A stretch of DNA of 64,000 bases from assembly GCA_900088475.1 (NCBI GenBank), contig FLMG01001065.1:4093-68092 (forward strand), given 5' to 3'. Position 1 is the stretch's first letter, and each line of letters begins with the position of its first letter. The position numbers and the translations under genes were made by a program. The notes under the pieces were generated by a model. The model did not search any database. It was not told the DNA's origin and worked only from the letters and a program-made list of their open reading frames with translations. The stretch comes from Hyphochytrium catenoides. Its lineage: Eukaryota > Protista > Hyphochytriomycota. Of this stretch, positions 10,399 through 22,150 are shown piece by piece.

Positions 10399-13060
10399 GT
10401 CAGATAAAGGAAGAGAAAAAGGAGTGCAATGGAGAGAGAGACCGATAGACAAAGGGACAGACAACTGAGATAGACGAAGGGAGAGAGAGCGAGAGAGAGG
10501 AGAAGAGACTTGGGAATATTAGGACTATAAAGACAAGCGAGGCACAAAGCCTTGCAGGGTGACACACATCCATATGAAAAAGGTAGGAACGAGGAGAGAG
10601 AGAGAGGGAGCGACAGGGAGAGAAGGAGAGAGAGAGAGAAGGGGAGAGACAAGGGGAGAGAAAAGAGGAAAGAGAGAGAGACAGAAAGAGGGTCACACCT
10701 GTCTAGAAGAAGCTCTTCTAAGTGCAGACGAACAATCCGAAGGGACAGAGGGCACAGCAGGAGTATTTCCGGACAGCGCAATGGCAGCTGATCCTTCTTT
10801 CCCTTCCATGTCTCTCTCTCTTCCAACTCTTTCTCCTCCTTTGTCCTTTTGCGAAGGAGAAGAAGGAGGAGGAGAGAGTGCTGAAGAAGCTGGCAAATCG
10901 GAAGGTCTGTCTCCTGCTTTCCCCTGCTGTTTACGATGGCGAAGAGAAAGAGACTGTCTCGAGTAAGAGAGAGACACAGGTTTGGGAGAGGGAAGAGCGT
11001 TGTTTCCTAGGTCAATCCTTGAGGTTTCTGCCAGCGCCTCGGAGAGAAGCTTTTGGATCCACTGAAGCTTGATGTTGGCGTTGTAGACTACAGGTAAAGG
11101 AGGAGAGGAACAGAGAGAGAAAGAGAGAGAGAGAATAGTGAGAGAAATGCGGAAAAAGAAAAAACAAGAAGAGACAGACAGAGAGCTTGCAAGAGATCAT
11201 GAGTAAAGGAGGAGTCAGTAAGCCCAGAAAGAAAGAAAGGATGGAAGGTTAAGAGAAAGGAGAGAGAGAGAGAGAGAGTTGCTAGCTCTTGATGAAGAAA
11301 GGGAAGGAGAGAAAGAGAGGCGACGCAGGAGGAGGTCAAAGCAGAAAAGCAGAAAAGAGAGAACAAGGAGAGGATCTAAAGAGAAGTCAAAAGACCCAGA
11401 AAAGGATAGAGAAGCTTGAGAGAGAGACGTCATCTTTTTTCTCTCCCGACAGAAAAACCAACTTACCAGCCAACGGATCCGTGTCACCAGGAGGAGGAGG
11501 CATCACTGAAGAAGAAGAAGGTTTAACGCCATAGGCGCTCTCGATGTCCAAGGACAAGGTTTCTGGCTCATTGAGAGGCAGACCTTGGACTTCTGTGTGT
11601 TCCTCGAGCTCCAGGCGGAAGACGGTCATGAGGATGCCAAAGATAGATTTGCAGGTGAGGTCCAGGAAGGCGTGGATGATGTAGAAGGCTTGTTGGCTGA
11701 TGTGCCCGGTGCCCAGCCAGGAGAAGATAAACAGGATAGGGAACATCGGCCAGAAGCCGAAGAAGATCTTCCCCAAAAAAGCGGGAGGAGGGAGGGAGAG
11801 AGACACAGACGGGCAAGGAGGAGAGAGAGANNNNNNNNNNNNNNNNNNNNNNNNNNNNNNNNNNNNNNNNNNNNNNNNNNNNNNNNNNNNNNNNNNNGAG
11901 AGAAAGTTGCAAGAACCCCAGAGTAACACAATCGTTAGTCCCAGAGGAAAGGGGAAAACGAAGCAAAAGACGTTCGAGGGGAAGATGATCGGAAAACAAA
12001 GAGGCGAGACAGAGTGGAGAGAATGTAACAGAAATGACGCTATCGACGAGAGACATAAAGGAGGAGAACCTTGTAAGAAAAAGAAACGATGCAGAGAAGA
12101 GTAAAATCGAAAGGTGTAATATGTATATAATGACAAAAGCAGAAAAAAGAGGAGAGACCGAGCGGAGAAGAAAGCCAACCGGACGACGCGAGAAGAGAAA
12201 GAAACTAAGAAAGGAGATGATATTAGAGCATTGGAGATGCAGTGAGAAGAAATAGAGAGAAAGGCGACAAAGAGAAAGAAGGAAACATTGTTGGCACAGT
12301 GGAAGAGGAAAAACGGACACCGAAGTAAGAGAGAGAGACAGCGGAAGACGACAAGACAGAGTGAAACACAGGCATGCTCTAGAATGGAAAGGGAGAGAGA
12401 ACGCGACAAAGTAGCTGGTAAGAAGAAGAAGAAGAAGAAAAGCAATGTTATCCTTGGCGTTCTTCTTCCACGACCACCTACCACGCACGCCCAGAACAGC
12501 CATCTCTGGCACTTGGGCGGGTACACGAGGTATCTCTCTTTCACGTGTCTCATCAGAGAGAGAGCAAACGGAGTAAACCAGCAGCAGCCCAGCGCATAGT
12601 AGGCAAACCGATAAGCCGACGGCGTGACAAACGCCGCGACGCCGCACCAAAGCGTCAAAAAGACTGCAAAAAAGTATCGGATCTTGTGCGGCAGATCCAG
12701 CGTGAAGGCAAAGTCTAAGATAAGCAAGGGACAGGTGAAGACATAGTCTAAGTACCAGTACCAGTTGAGAGAGAAAGGCGTGCCGCCGCCGTCGAAGAAG
12801 TCAAAGCTCTTCGCGGCGTACATCGTTCCGCATAAGAGACAAATGATCCCGGATAGAGAGTTCACTTCCGGCGCGCGGCCGGACTTGTAGGGCTTACACG
12901 AGTATCCCATCCCGAGGTCGAGACGGTAGAGCATCCAGATTCCAGATCCCGCGACGAAGACGCAACAGACGGCGCAGATGCTGCCCAGCAGCGGATAATC
13001 CATGTCATTGATGCTGCCCTTGGGCCATCCCTCAGGTGGGCGAGAGTCATAAAACGGCAT
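10008..13060 (-). CDS. KCR1: Kalium (K+-selective) channelrhodopsin, KCR1 type; predicted exons 13060-12482, 11767-11467, 11087-10699, 10352-10008 (~537 aa; ~424 aa if intron 3 is retained, stop at 10693)
   Basis: Spliced product ...LFWACV|IFFGFWPMFPILFIFSWLGTGHISQQAFYIIHAFLDLTCKSIFG...EPETLS with F88, N99, W102, D105, T109, C110, D116, T136, G140, W210, F221, Y222, H225, D229, K233. GT..AG introns sit at the same positions and phases as in the paralog. Recognised from memory as HcKCR1. An N-gap (11831-11897) lies inside intron 1. Confidence 0.94.
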
Positions 13061-13105
<45 letters not shown>

Positions 13106-13893
13106 TTCTTCCCCTTTTTTTCTCCCCTTCTTTCCTTCGATTCTCGCGTCCTTGGTTTGCTCGCTCTTGTCTTCCTTCCTTCTAAGCCCCTCTCTCCGCT
13201 ATAGATAGCAAGTCAGAAGAAGAGCTAAGAGAAGAAGACTGACGGTGAAGAGAAAGAGTTTATAGAGAGAAAGAGCAAGCTTCCACTTGCAAGGCTTGTT
13301 TCCTCTTCTCTATCCCTTTCAACGTTGTTCAATGAACTCCAACTTCTTTCTCTTTTTCTCTATTTTCGCCCTTGCCAGACGGAGAAACAAAGAAAGAAAG
13401 AGACCGTCAAACGTATCGAAGAAGAAAGAGAAAGCCTGGTTAACTTGTCTCTTCTCTTCTTTCTTGGCCGGGAAATTGAGATCTGTCACGTTATAGAAGT
13501 AGGAACTAGTGCTCGGTAGACCGGAAAACGGGAGAGCATATGAAGAGATCATAGGGATAAGAAAGAAGTACCGGAGGGAGGAGAGACGCGAGAAACTGAA
13601 GAGAGAAAGAAACGGAAGAGGAAGAGCAAGAGAGAGAGGGAGAGAGAAACAGGAGAGAGAGAGAGAACAAGAGGGTTAGCGTAGAACAAGGCAAAAGAGA
13701 AAGGAGACGATGAGTCAAGAGAAAAAAAGCGTAAAGCACGTAAGGTTGCCGCAGGGGTATCCTCTCTCTCTCGGATTAGGATTCGCGATAAAGCGCCTAG
13801 TTGTCCAGACCTCCTTGGGGATGCTGGCTCAGGATGCTAGAGGGGGATGGGGTGCGTAAGAGAGACAGAAGAAGCGGGAGAAGAGAGACAGAA

Positions 13894-13953
<60 letters not shown>

Positions 13954-14047
13954 GGGGAAGATTTGAAGGGAAGTGTGCTCCCAAGAACTGTAACGGTCGA
14001 GTGCCTAAATAAACAGAGCAACCATCCGCCGCACTTCAGCTGACAAA

Positions 14048-14087
<40 letters not shown>

Positions 14088-17000
14088 TAAACAGTGGCAG
14101 AGAAGACGCTAACAGAAGCCGAGTTCATGAGAAAAAGGGAGATTGATATTATGATGAACATTAACTGATAAGGCCGCAGAAAGAGAGAGAGAGAGACAGA
14201 GAGAGAGAGACAGCGAGAGGGAGAATGGGAGAGAGAGAGAGAAAAAGAGAGAGTGTCGCGACTTAGAGATGTTAGCGTGGTAACAGAAATAGCAGAAAGG
14301 AGAGAGGAACAGGAGGATGGGGAAGGGCGGGAGAGAGAGAGCAGAAGGCGTGAGGTTAGAGCGAAGATTGTCACCAAAGAATTGTTCGGAGAGAAAGGGA
14401 AAGAGAGAGGACTTGGGCGTTCAGAACAAAAATGAGAGAATATTGCTGGGCAGTTGCTCTTTGTCCGTTGCCAGGCAGCTCCTGGCTGGTGGTGCGACTG
14501 TCAACGAAGGACTATCAAACGCCCGAGCTCTCTCTCTTCCCCGTGCTCTCTCTCTCTTTCTCTCCCTCTTCCGTCTTCTCCCTTGGCTCTTCTTCTTGGG
14601 CTTGTCCTTTGAGGATGAAATGGGGTGGACGAGACAAGACTGAAATATAGAGGTCAGAGACGGAGAGATTGGAGGTAGAGAGAGAGTTATCTGCGCGAGA
14701 GAGAAGGATGGGAGGGGTAGGAATGGGGGAGGAGGAGAGAGAGAGAGGGGAGTGAGAGAGGGGGAAGAGAGAAAGNNNNNNNNNNNNNNNNNNNNNNNNN
14801 NNNNNNNNNNGAGAGAGAGAGAGAAAGCACCAGAAGAAACGAACTCAACAAGGGGACACCATCTCGGCCGTTACATCAGTCATGCTCAATACTATTATAG
14901 ATAAATAATACATCTGTTCTGAATACTCTTCCAAAAACCGCAGTAGATCGTGAATTTAGCGGTGGGTTGGTGTGTAAATTTACGACGTTTGCTTCCCTTT
15001 CTTTGCTGGGCCAGCTGCCAACATGCGCCAGCAGGAGGGAGAGGCTAGGAGCCAATACAATGAGAAAGAGAGAAACAGAGGAAGAGAGAGAGAGAGAGAG
15101 ACAGAGACAGAGAGAGAGAGAGTAGAGAGGGAGATACAGAAAAGAGAGGGAGAGAGAAGAGGAGAGAGGAGACAGGACAACAGAAAGCAGGAGTCCCAAG
15201 GATAGAGGAAGAAAGAGAGAGACAGACCCAACGCGAGGAGAACCACAAGAGTAAAGGAGGAGAGGAAGTAAGAAGAAAGTCGAGCGCAAAAGGCAGGGAC
15301 AAATAAAGAAAGACAGGCAGAGAAGAGAAGAAGAGAAACGGAGGACGGGAGAGACAGAGGGACAGCAAGACAACAGAAAGAGACAAACAGAGACAGAAGA
15401 GAGAAGAAAGAGAGAGAGACAGAGGAAGAAGAGGTGGTCATGTGCCGTCCTATAATTATCTTCAGTAGTCCTCCTAACCTACACAGCAAGGAGCACAGCA
15501 GGAGGAGAGAGGGAACAGACGAGAAGAAAGAACGAGCGGGAAGAATCTGCTAAACAAGAAGAACATTGATGATGAAGATTGAGAGAGGAATCAACTAACA
15601 AAAACGGAACGAATGAAGGACGGACGCTGATAATGAAGAGACGGCAGCAAAGACCGGGACTACTATTATGCAAGCGTAAGAGACAGAGCGGAGAGAGAAA
15701 GAGACAGAGCGGATAGAGAAAGAGACAGAGCGGCGAAAGAAAGGAGAAGATAGAAGCTTGGCCTAATAAATCATCATCCTCACTATCAGAAGAGAAACGA
15801 AAAGAAGGAGAAGGAAGGAAAAGAAAAAGACGACACGAAGCAAGAAGATAGCCAGTAAGAAGGCGCTATTTTGGTTGCGTTTGCTCTTCTCTTTATTCTT
15901 CTTTTCTCTTCTTCTTCTTCTTATCATTATCTCTTCTCTAGGGGCAGCAGCAGAAGATTTTCAGGAAGAGACGCACCGCAAGAAGGAAAGAAGAGAGAAA
16001 GAGATGTTAGAGAGAAGCATCAAGACAGAGGTAACCGAAAAGGCAAAAAGTTGCTAGGTTCTATTATGGATATAAGAAAGCAGAGAAAGAGAGAGAAGAG
16101 AAAGAGAACAAACGAGAAAGGAAAGGAAAGAAGAAGAGAGGAACAAAGCCCCACAGAGCATTTAGATGCGTCCTGGGTATTTCCTAATTGCTAGCACTGT
16201 CTCTGACCTCTCTTTTTTCTTTCTCTCTCCTCTCTTTTTTCTTTCTCTCCCTTGGACGGCGCTGCAGAAAATAGGTGTTCTCTCTCTCGCCTCCTAGATC
16301 TCTTCTTGTCTCTCTCTTCGTTCTCTCTCCTCTATTTTTCCTTTCATTTTGTCTCTCTTCCTTCTTTCTTCAGGTTCCTCCATTATGTCTCTTTATCGTT
16401 AGTAGTTCTTACCCCTCACTCTTTATCGGCTTCCCTACCGCTCTGGCTCCTCTCACCAACTTCTTTTTTCCTCTATATTTTTCTTCCTCTCATCTCTCTC
16501 TTCTTTCTCCTGCTTTAAAGCTGTCCGCCGCCTTCTTGCTCGACTTTGCTCCTCGCTCTCTTCTTCTCTGTTTTGTCTCTCTCTCTCTCCTAGGAAGCCT
16601 TATTAGAAGTGATGAGATCGCAGAGTTGGTTGGAAGCTCTTCTTCGTTGTGGTGCAAATAGCAGAATGAGATTAATGAAGATTATGAGCTCGAGCAGAGC
16701 TCAATGAACTAATGATCCCTAAGTCCTATAAAGCCTAAGTATGCAAAGCTATGAGAATGACATGCAAGAGAGAAAGCAGAAGAGAGGAACACTCTTAGCA
16801 GCGGGAGAGAGTAGAAGAGTGTTTGGAAATGATTGCATGCTCACCAAGGGATCCATCGTCTCAGACAAGAGCATCAGCAATAAAATTGGTGGCCAGAAGG
16901 AAGGGAAGAAGAAGTAAAAGTCGGAAAGAGAAAAATGCTCAAGAAGCAAGAACAAATTTCTAGAGAAATCATAAGAAAGAAAGCAGGACAAGGAATCAAG

Positions 17001-17099
17001 AAGAAGAACATTCCTTCTTGCTATAGAGACCTCAGAAGAAACAAGGGTTCTCAACAGCCCTTCTTCTTCAAGGAATACTCAGATCCTTGAAAGTCGTTG

Positions 17100-19700
17100 C
17101 AAGGAGAGACTTGGTTAGTGAGTCAGTCTGCCAGCATATCCCTCGTAGGGACAGAGATTATATCAATATGTTTGACCTCTTCCGGGAGATAGGATTTTTT
17201 GACCAGCTTCATTGCACCTTGGTTGTCTTGATATAATCCTGCTATTTGCATGAGATGGAAGAGTTGGTTGGAAGCTCTTCTTCATTGTCGGGCAAATAGC
17301 AGGATTCTATCAAGAGAACCAAGGTGCAATGAAGCTGGTCAAAAATCCTATCTTCCGGAAGAGGTCAAAACACATTGACATAAAGTCTCACTACATCCGG
17401 GGGGAGATAGGATGTTTGACCAGCTCCACTGCACCTTGATTGTATAAAGTCCTTTACTAGTTGTCGAAGCCATACAAGTTCCTGCGCAGCCATAGCAGCT
17501 GCAATGTACTCTGCTTCAGTAGAAGACAGAGCAATTGTTGCTTGCTTACGGCTAAGCCAAGCAATTGGGGAGCAATTTAAGAGGAAGACAGCGCCAGAAG
17601 TAGACTTCCTATCCGCATCGTTCGCCCAGTCAGAGTCCACATAGGCCGTCAGATCAGTCTCCTCAGTAGAACCTCTGAAGATAATACCATAGTCGCTTGT
17701 GCTCTTCAGATATCTCAGAACATGCTTTGCCGCGTACGAGAGTTCAGTAGAAGGTTTCGCTGGATAGCGACTAAGGACGCCAACTGCATAAGCCACGTCA
17801 GGTCGCGCACCGGTCACCAAGTAGAGAAGACAACCCAGTAAACTCCTTTATGGTTCATTAGTGGCAATCTGGGCTAGAAGCCGTCGGTGAGAATCCCGGA
17901 GCTAATGGAGTGGTAGCAGGCTTGCACGGTTAGTTCCATCTTGCACCGCCTGTAGTAGAAGATCTAGGGTGAATCTCCTCGGCAACCCGTAAGTATCCTT
18001 TGCTTCCGATCACGGAGGTTCTCTAGACCCAAGTAGAATCGAACATTTCCTAGGCAGCAGGTAATGTCAAAACCACTGGAAAGGTGAAACTCGAATTTCC
18101 TTTGCAAGCTTGAGGTTGGAGGCAGCCAGTAGAATGTCATCCACATAGATGACCATGTAGATTGCTTGTCCTTGGACAGCGCCGAGTGTAGAGGCATGGA
18201 TCTGGCTGTGCCTGAATAAACTCGTGGCTGGGCTGACTAGAAATGAGTGCAGGACCTCATTCCATGCCCTGGACGCCTGCTTTATATCCGTAGAGGCTCC
18301 TTTTTAGTCTGCACACCAAATGTTCTTGACCAGGGTTGCAAAACCAGGCGGTTGACGCATGTAGATCTCTTCCACGATCTTGCCGTTGAGAAACGCCGTT
18401 TGAACGGCATAGTGTAGCAACTCAAGGTCCTTTTTCGCAGCGAGCGAGAGCAGTAAACGTATGGTGGCGTGCTTTGCGACAAGACGGCGCTTGTCCTTGG
18501 CTATGGAACCATCTTCGTTTCTCTTTACCTTGAAAACCCAGCCGTTCGACCAGGAGGAAGAGTGGTTAGCTCCCAGGTCTCCTTCTTACTGAGTGAGTCA
18601 AGTTCAGCTGGAGCAGCCGCCTTCCACAGATGTCCATCAGAACCATTGAGAGCTTCAGCTATGGAGGAAGGTTCTTCGCCTTATAGGAGCCTGGATAAGC
18701 TTCCCAATAAGGTCGGGTTGGCTTTGTTTCACGGCTGGAGCGCCTGCGGTCTGGGGCCGGGCTGGATGGAGACAGAAGAAGAGGCAGCAGAAGTGTGGTC
18801 CTGAATCTGGTTGATCTTCACTGGCCCCTTCTGCATCAGTGCTCCCCTTCTGAAGAGAGACCAGAGAGGAACTGCTGGCGTCTGAAGAACCAGAATCGAG
18901 AACTTCAACAGTGGCTGAGAAGCGAACCTGAGCCTGTTCCGCAGGAGGGCAAGTGGCGGGGGTTTGTAGTATCGCTGGAAGTTCTTCCAGCCCATGAGCT
19001 TGTTGGCGGAGGCGGTTGAGGTTGGTACACCCGAGATGGCCGCAGCGGATGTGCCATTTAAAGATATCCCTACGGACACCGCTAGAGAGCCGGTCCTCGT
19101 GCTCAGTGGTGGAAGCCGGGCAGATCTCTGCGCGATTAGCTGAGGGAGCGACAATCGGGATGGCCCGGTCGGTGCACATATAGGCCTTGGATCGCTTTTG
19201 CCAGTGAAGTAGAGAAGAAGGTCGTCATCGGTAGCTCGCATAGTGACCCTTTCTTCAGAGCTGAAGGCAACGTCTAGTCCCTTAGAAGAGGCTTGATTGA
19301 GAGACAGAGAAGAGATTCTTGGGGAAAATCCTCGATAAAATAGAGGACGTTGGTCAGAAGAAGGACCTCTCGGGATTGAAGCTGGTTATCAAACGAGACT
19401 GTGGAGCGAAGTAGGATGCTGCCGATGCCGGTAGCATATACAACGCCATTGTCTTGTCAGCGACTCTGATGGGTCTCGGGTCAATGGCTGCAAGGTCCCT
19501 GAACCAGGTGCGTTGTCTGGAGAGATGGGCAGAGGCACCAGAGTCAATATTATAGAAGATCATCTCCGAGTCGTTAGGGGACCCCGGGGCGACTTGGAAT
19601 GCATGCGGTTGCTGTCCAGGCTTGGTCTTGTTTGCTTGATGTTGCTGCTGTTCATAGACGCTTCTGGTCCCTGCGCTGCTTCTTGCCACACTCATCAATA
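17100..19700 (-). mobile_element. Degenerate Ty1/copia LTR retrotransposon pol remnant (frameshifted)
   Basis: In copia order on the minus strand: protease IDSGASAH (~19540), GAG-pre-integrase WHIRCGH (~19040), RT fragments including YVDDIL (~18145), RNase H AYVDSDWANDADRKSTSG...IAWLSRKQATIALSSTEAEYIAA (17500-17645), and a DMLAD tail (~17135). Confidence 0.9.
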
Positions 19701-19909
19701 ATCACGGTTGGGCTTCTTACAGTATCTGCACCAGACCTTTGGAGGAGAGTCTCTTTTCTTCTTCCTTTCTTACTCTCTCTCTCCCGTATTGTTTGCTTGC
19801 AGTTTGTTCACTCAAGACATCCGTGGGGGCTTCTCTCTTCTCCATTGCCTCAATCTCTCACACTCTCTCTCTGTCTCTCTCTTTCTGTGCCCCTTTCTCT
19901 GTCTCGCTT

Positions 19910-19956
<47 letters not shown>

Positions 19957-20816
19957 TTCTCTCTGTCTCTCTCTCTGTCTCTCTCTCTCTCTCTCTGTCT
20001 CACTCTGTCTCTCTCTCTGTCTCTCTCTCTGTCTCACTCTGTCTCTATCTCTGTCTCTCTCTCTGTCTCTCTCTCTCTCTCTCTCTTCTTCCCTCTCTCC
20101 TTCTTCTGTAGTTGGTGGATCTTTTTAGCGGAAGATCACATTTTGGGCCATGGTCAGGATCCCTAAGATCATCTCCGCGCCACTGCTGCTCTCAAGAGAC
20201 ACACATCCCCGCAATCATCGTGCTAATTGCGAATAGCGCTTCATTAACTCCTTATCATCTCTGATTAACGGTCGTATATCCCAAATAAGTAGTGGTTGGG
20301 GAGGATAAGATCTGCGTACGTGTCGTAGTGAGCTGTACGCCTGCAGAAAGTTGTATCCGGGGTTAGTAGCAGCCGTTAAGATCCTTGATCTAACTGGATC
20401 TATGCAGTTTTTCCAAGATAGGCAATTCTCGGTTAGATATTTATTAGGAATAAATAATATTGAAGTGAATAAACTAGCCCTATGTTTATGTTCCTGATCT
20501 TTTGATGGCGGTCCGTATCTTTTTGAGTTTATTCCACTTCTTGCTTTGGGAGGAAGAGGAAAGAAGAGAGAGAGAGAGAGAAAGAGGAAAGAGAAGAGTC
20601 AGCCAGACCGACAGAAAAACAGAGAGAGAGAGAGAAAGAGAAAGAGAGAGACAGCCAGACCAACAGACAAACAGAGAGAGAGAAAGAGAAAGAGAGAGAC
20701 AGCTAGACCGCCAGACAAACAGAGAGAGAGAGAGAGAGAGAGAGAGCAAAGAAAGAGTTTGAACCCCATAGAGATCGAAGCAGACGGAGAGAGTAGGCAA
20801 AAGAAAGCGAGAATGA

Positions 20817-20874
<58 letters not shown>

Positions 20875-21029
20875 TGTGGTGAAGAGGACGAGGAGAAAGA
20901 AGAGTGATGATGCTTGGACGGAGCGCAGCGCAGTCAACGCCGCCAAGAGGACGACGAGGACAAGACGGAGAAGAAATGAATGTACAGCATCCTGGGCCTG
21001 GCACCTGACTACAGAGCAGTGCGTGACAG

Positions 21030-21061
<32 letters not shown>

Positions 21062-21219
21062 TAACAGAACGGAAAGAGGCAGGCGGGGAGAGAGAAGAGA
21101 GAGAGTTAGTTTTGCGAGCACTAGGATAATAATAAGATACGAAGAGAGAGAGAGGGAGGAGGGGGAAGGGAAGAGAGAGACAGCAGAGAAAGAGAGGCGA
21201 GCATCAGGAAAATAAGTTA

Positions 21220-21276
<57 letters not shown>

Positions 21277-21459
21277 GAAAAGAAGCGTTGCGAGGTGTAC
21301 ACATCTCTTGGGAAGAGGGGAGAAGAGACCTGCCGCATGCGATGCCGAAATAGTGAAGGATTGAGCCGCATCGCGCCTCTCTCTTCTTGATGTCTCCTTT
21401 TCGACTCGATCGCTCTCTACCTTCTGTCTTGATTAAAGATTGAGGTCTGACTGTCCCCT

Positions 21460-21509
<50 letters not shown>

Positions 21510-22150
21510 GCCCGATGATCTTTCCCTTCCTCCATCTTTTTATTCCGAACAATAGCTTCATGAGCAAGCTTAGAGGGAGGTCTGCTGACTCTCTGGTGAT
21601 GAAGGTTATCGAAGGAAATAGAACAGCGGGTAGTAGGAGGCGCAGAGAGACGATGAGAGACAGTGAGAGAGAGAGAGCGACAGAGAGAGAGAGCGAGAGA
21701 GAGAGAGAGAGAGTATATAGAGTCACCGCAGCCCATGAGAGGAAGAAAGGAGGAACTGTTCTCTGCTGCTCCTCAGGCGCTTTCATTTACTTCTTCTTGG
21801 AAAGAGCGAGACTAGCGCAGATACTCGTGCTCTTCTCCTTTCTCTCCCCCTCTCTACTCTCTCTCTCTCTCTCTCTCTCCTCTCTCTCTTCACAGTCTCT
21901 CTGTACATCATTTGCTGGGCCGTCTCTCTCTCTCTCTCTCACAGCTCTTCACTTCCCAAACTTCCCTCCAAGTGCAACATCCACACCCAGATCTCTCCCG
22001 TTTGGCAGTCCAAGGAGAACAGCCGAAGGAAAGAAGAAGCGAGAGACGCAAGCACAACGCGACACTCCTCTTTCCCGGTCAATCCTTTAGAAGATAACAA
22101 GAGAGCAGCGCAACTCTCTCTCTCTCTCTCTCTTCAGAACAAAAAGCAAG

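Noticed and set aside
11387-13060. 557-aa single ORF as the real rhodopsin product
   Set aside because: It reads through CT-rich intron 1 (11768-12481, with N-gap); the paralog has an intron at the same codon and splicing restores TM6
1759-13060. Proton-pump or enzyme-rhodopsin annotation
   Set aside because: DTD alone is misleading given the Arg-to-Trp102 change, C110 and the aromatic cluster; no cyclase, PDE or kinase domain appears in the tails
19700-22100. Long SL/ER-repeat ORFs (e.g. 20486..21736, 416 aa)
   Set aside because: Translations of (CT)n/(GA)n arrays that lack stops by composition
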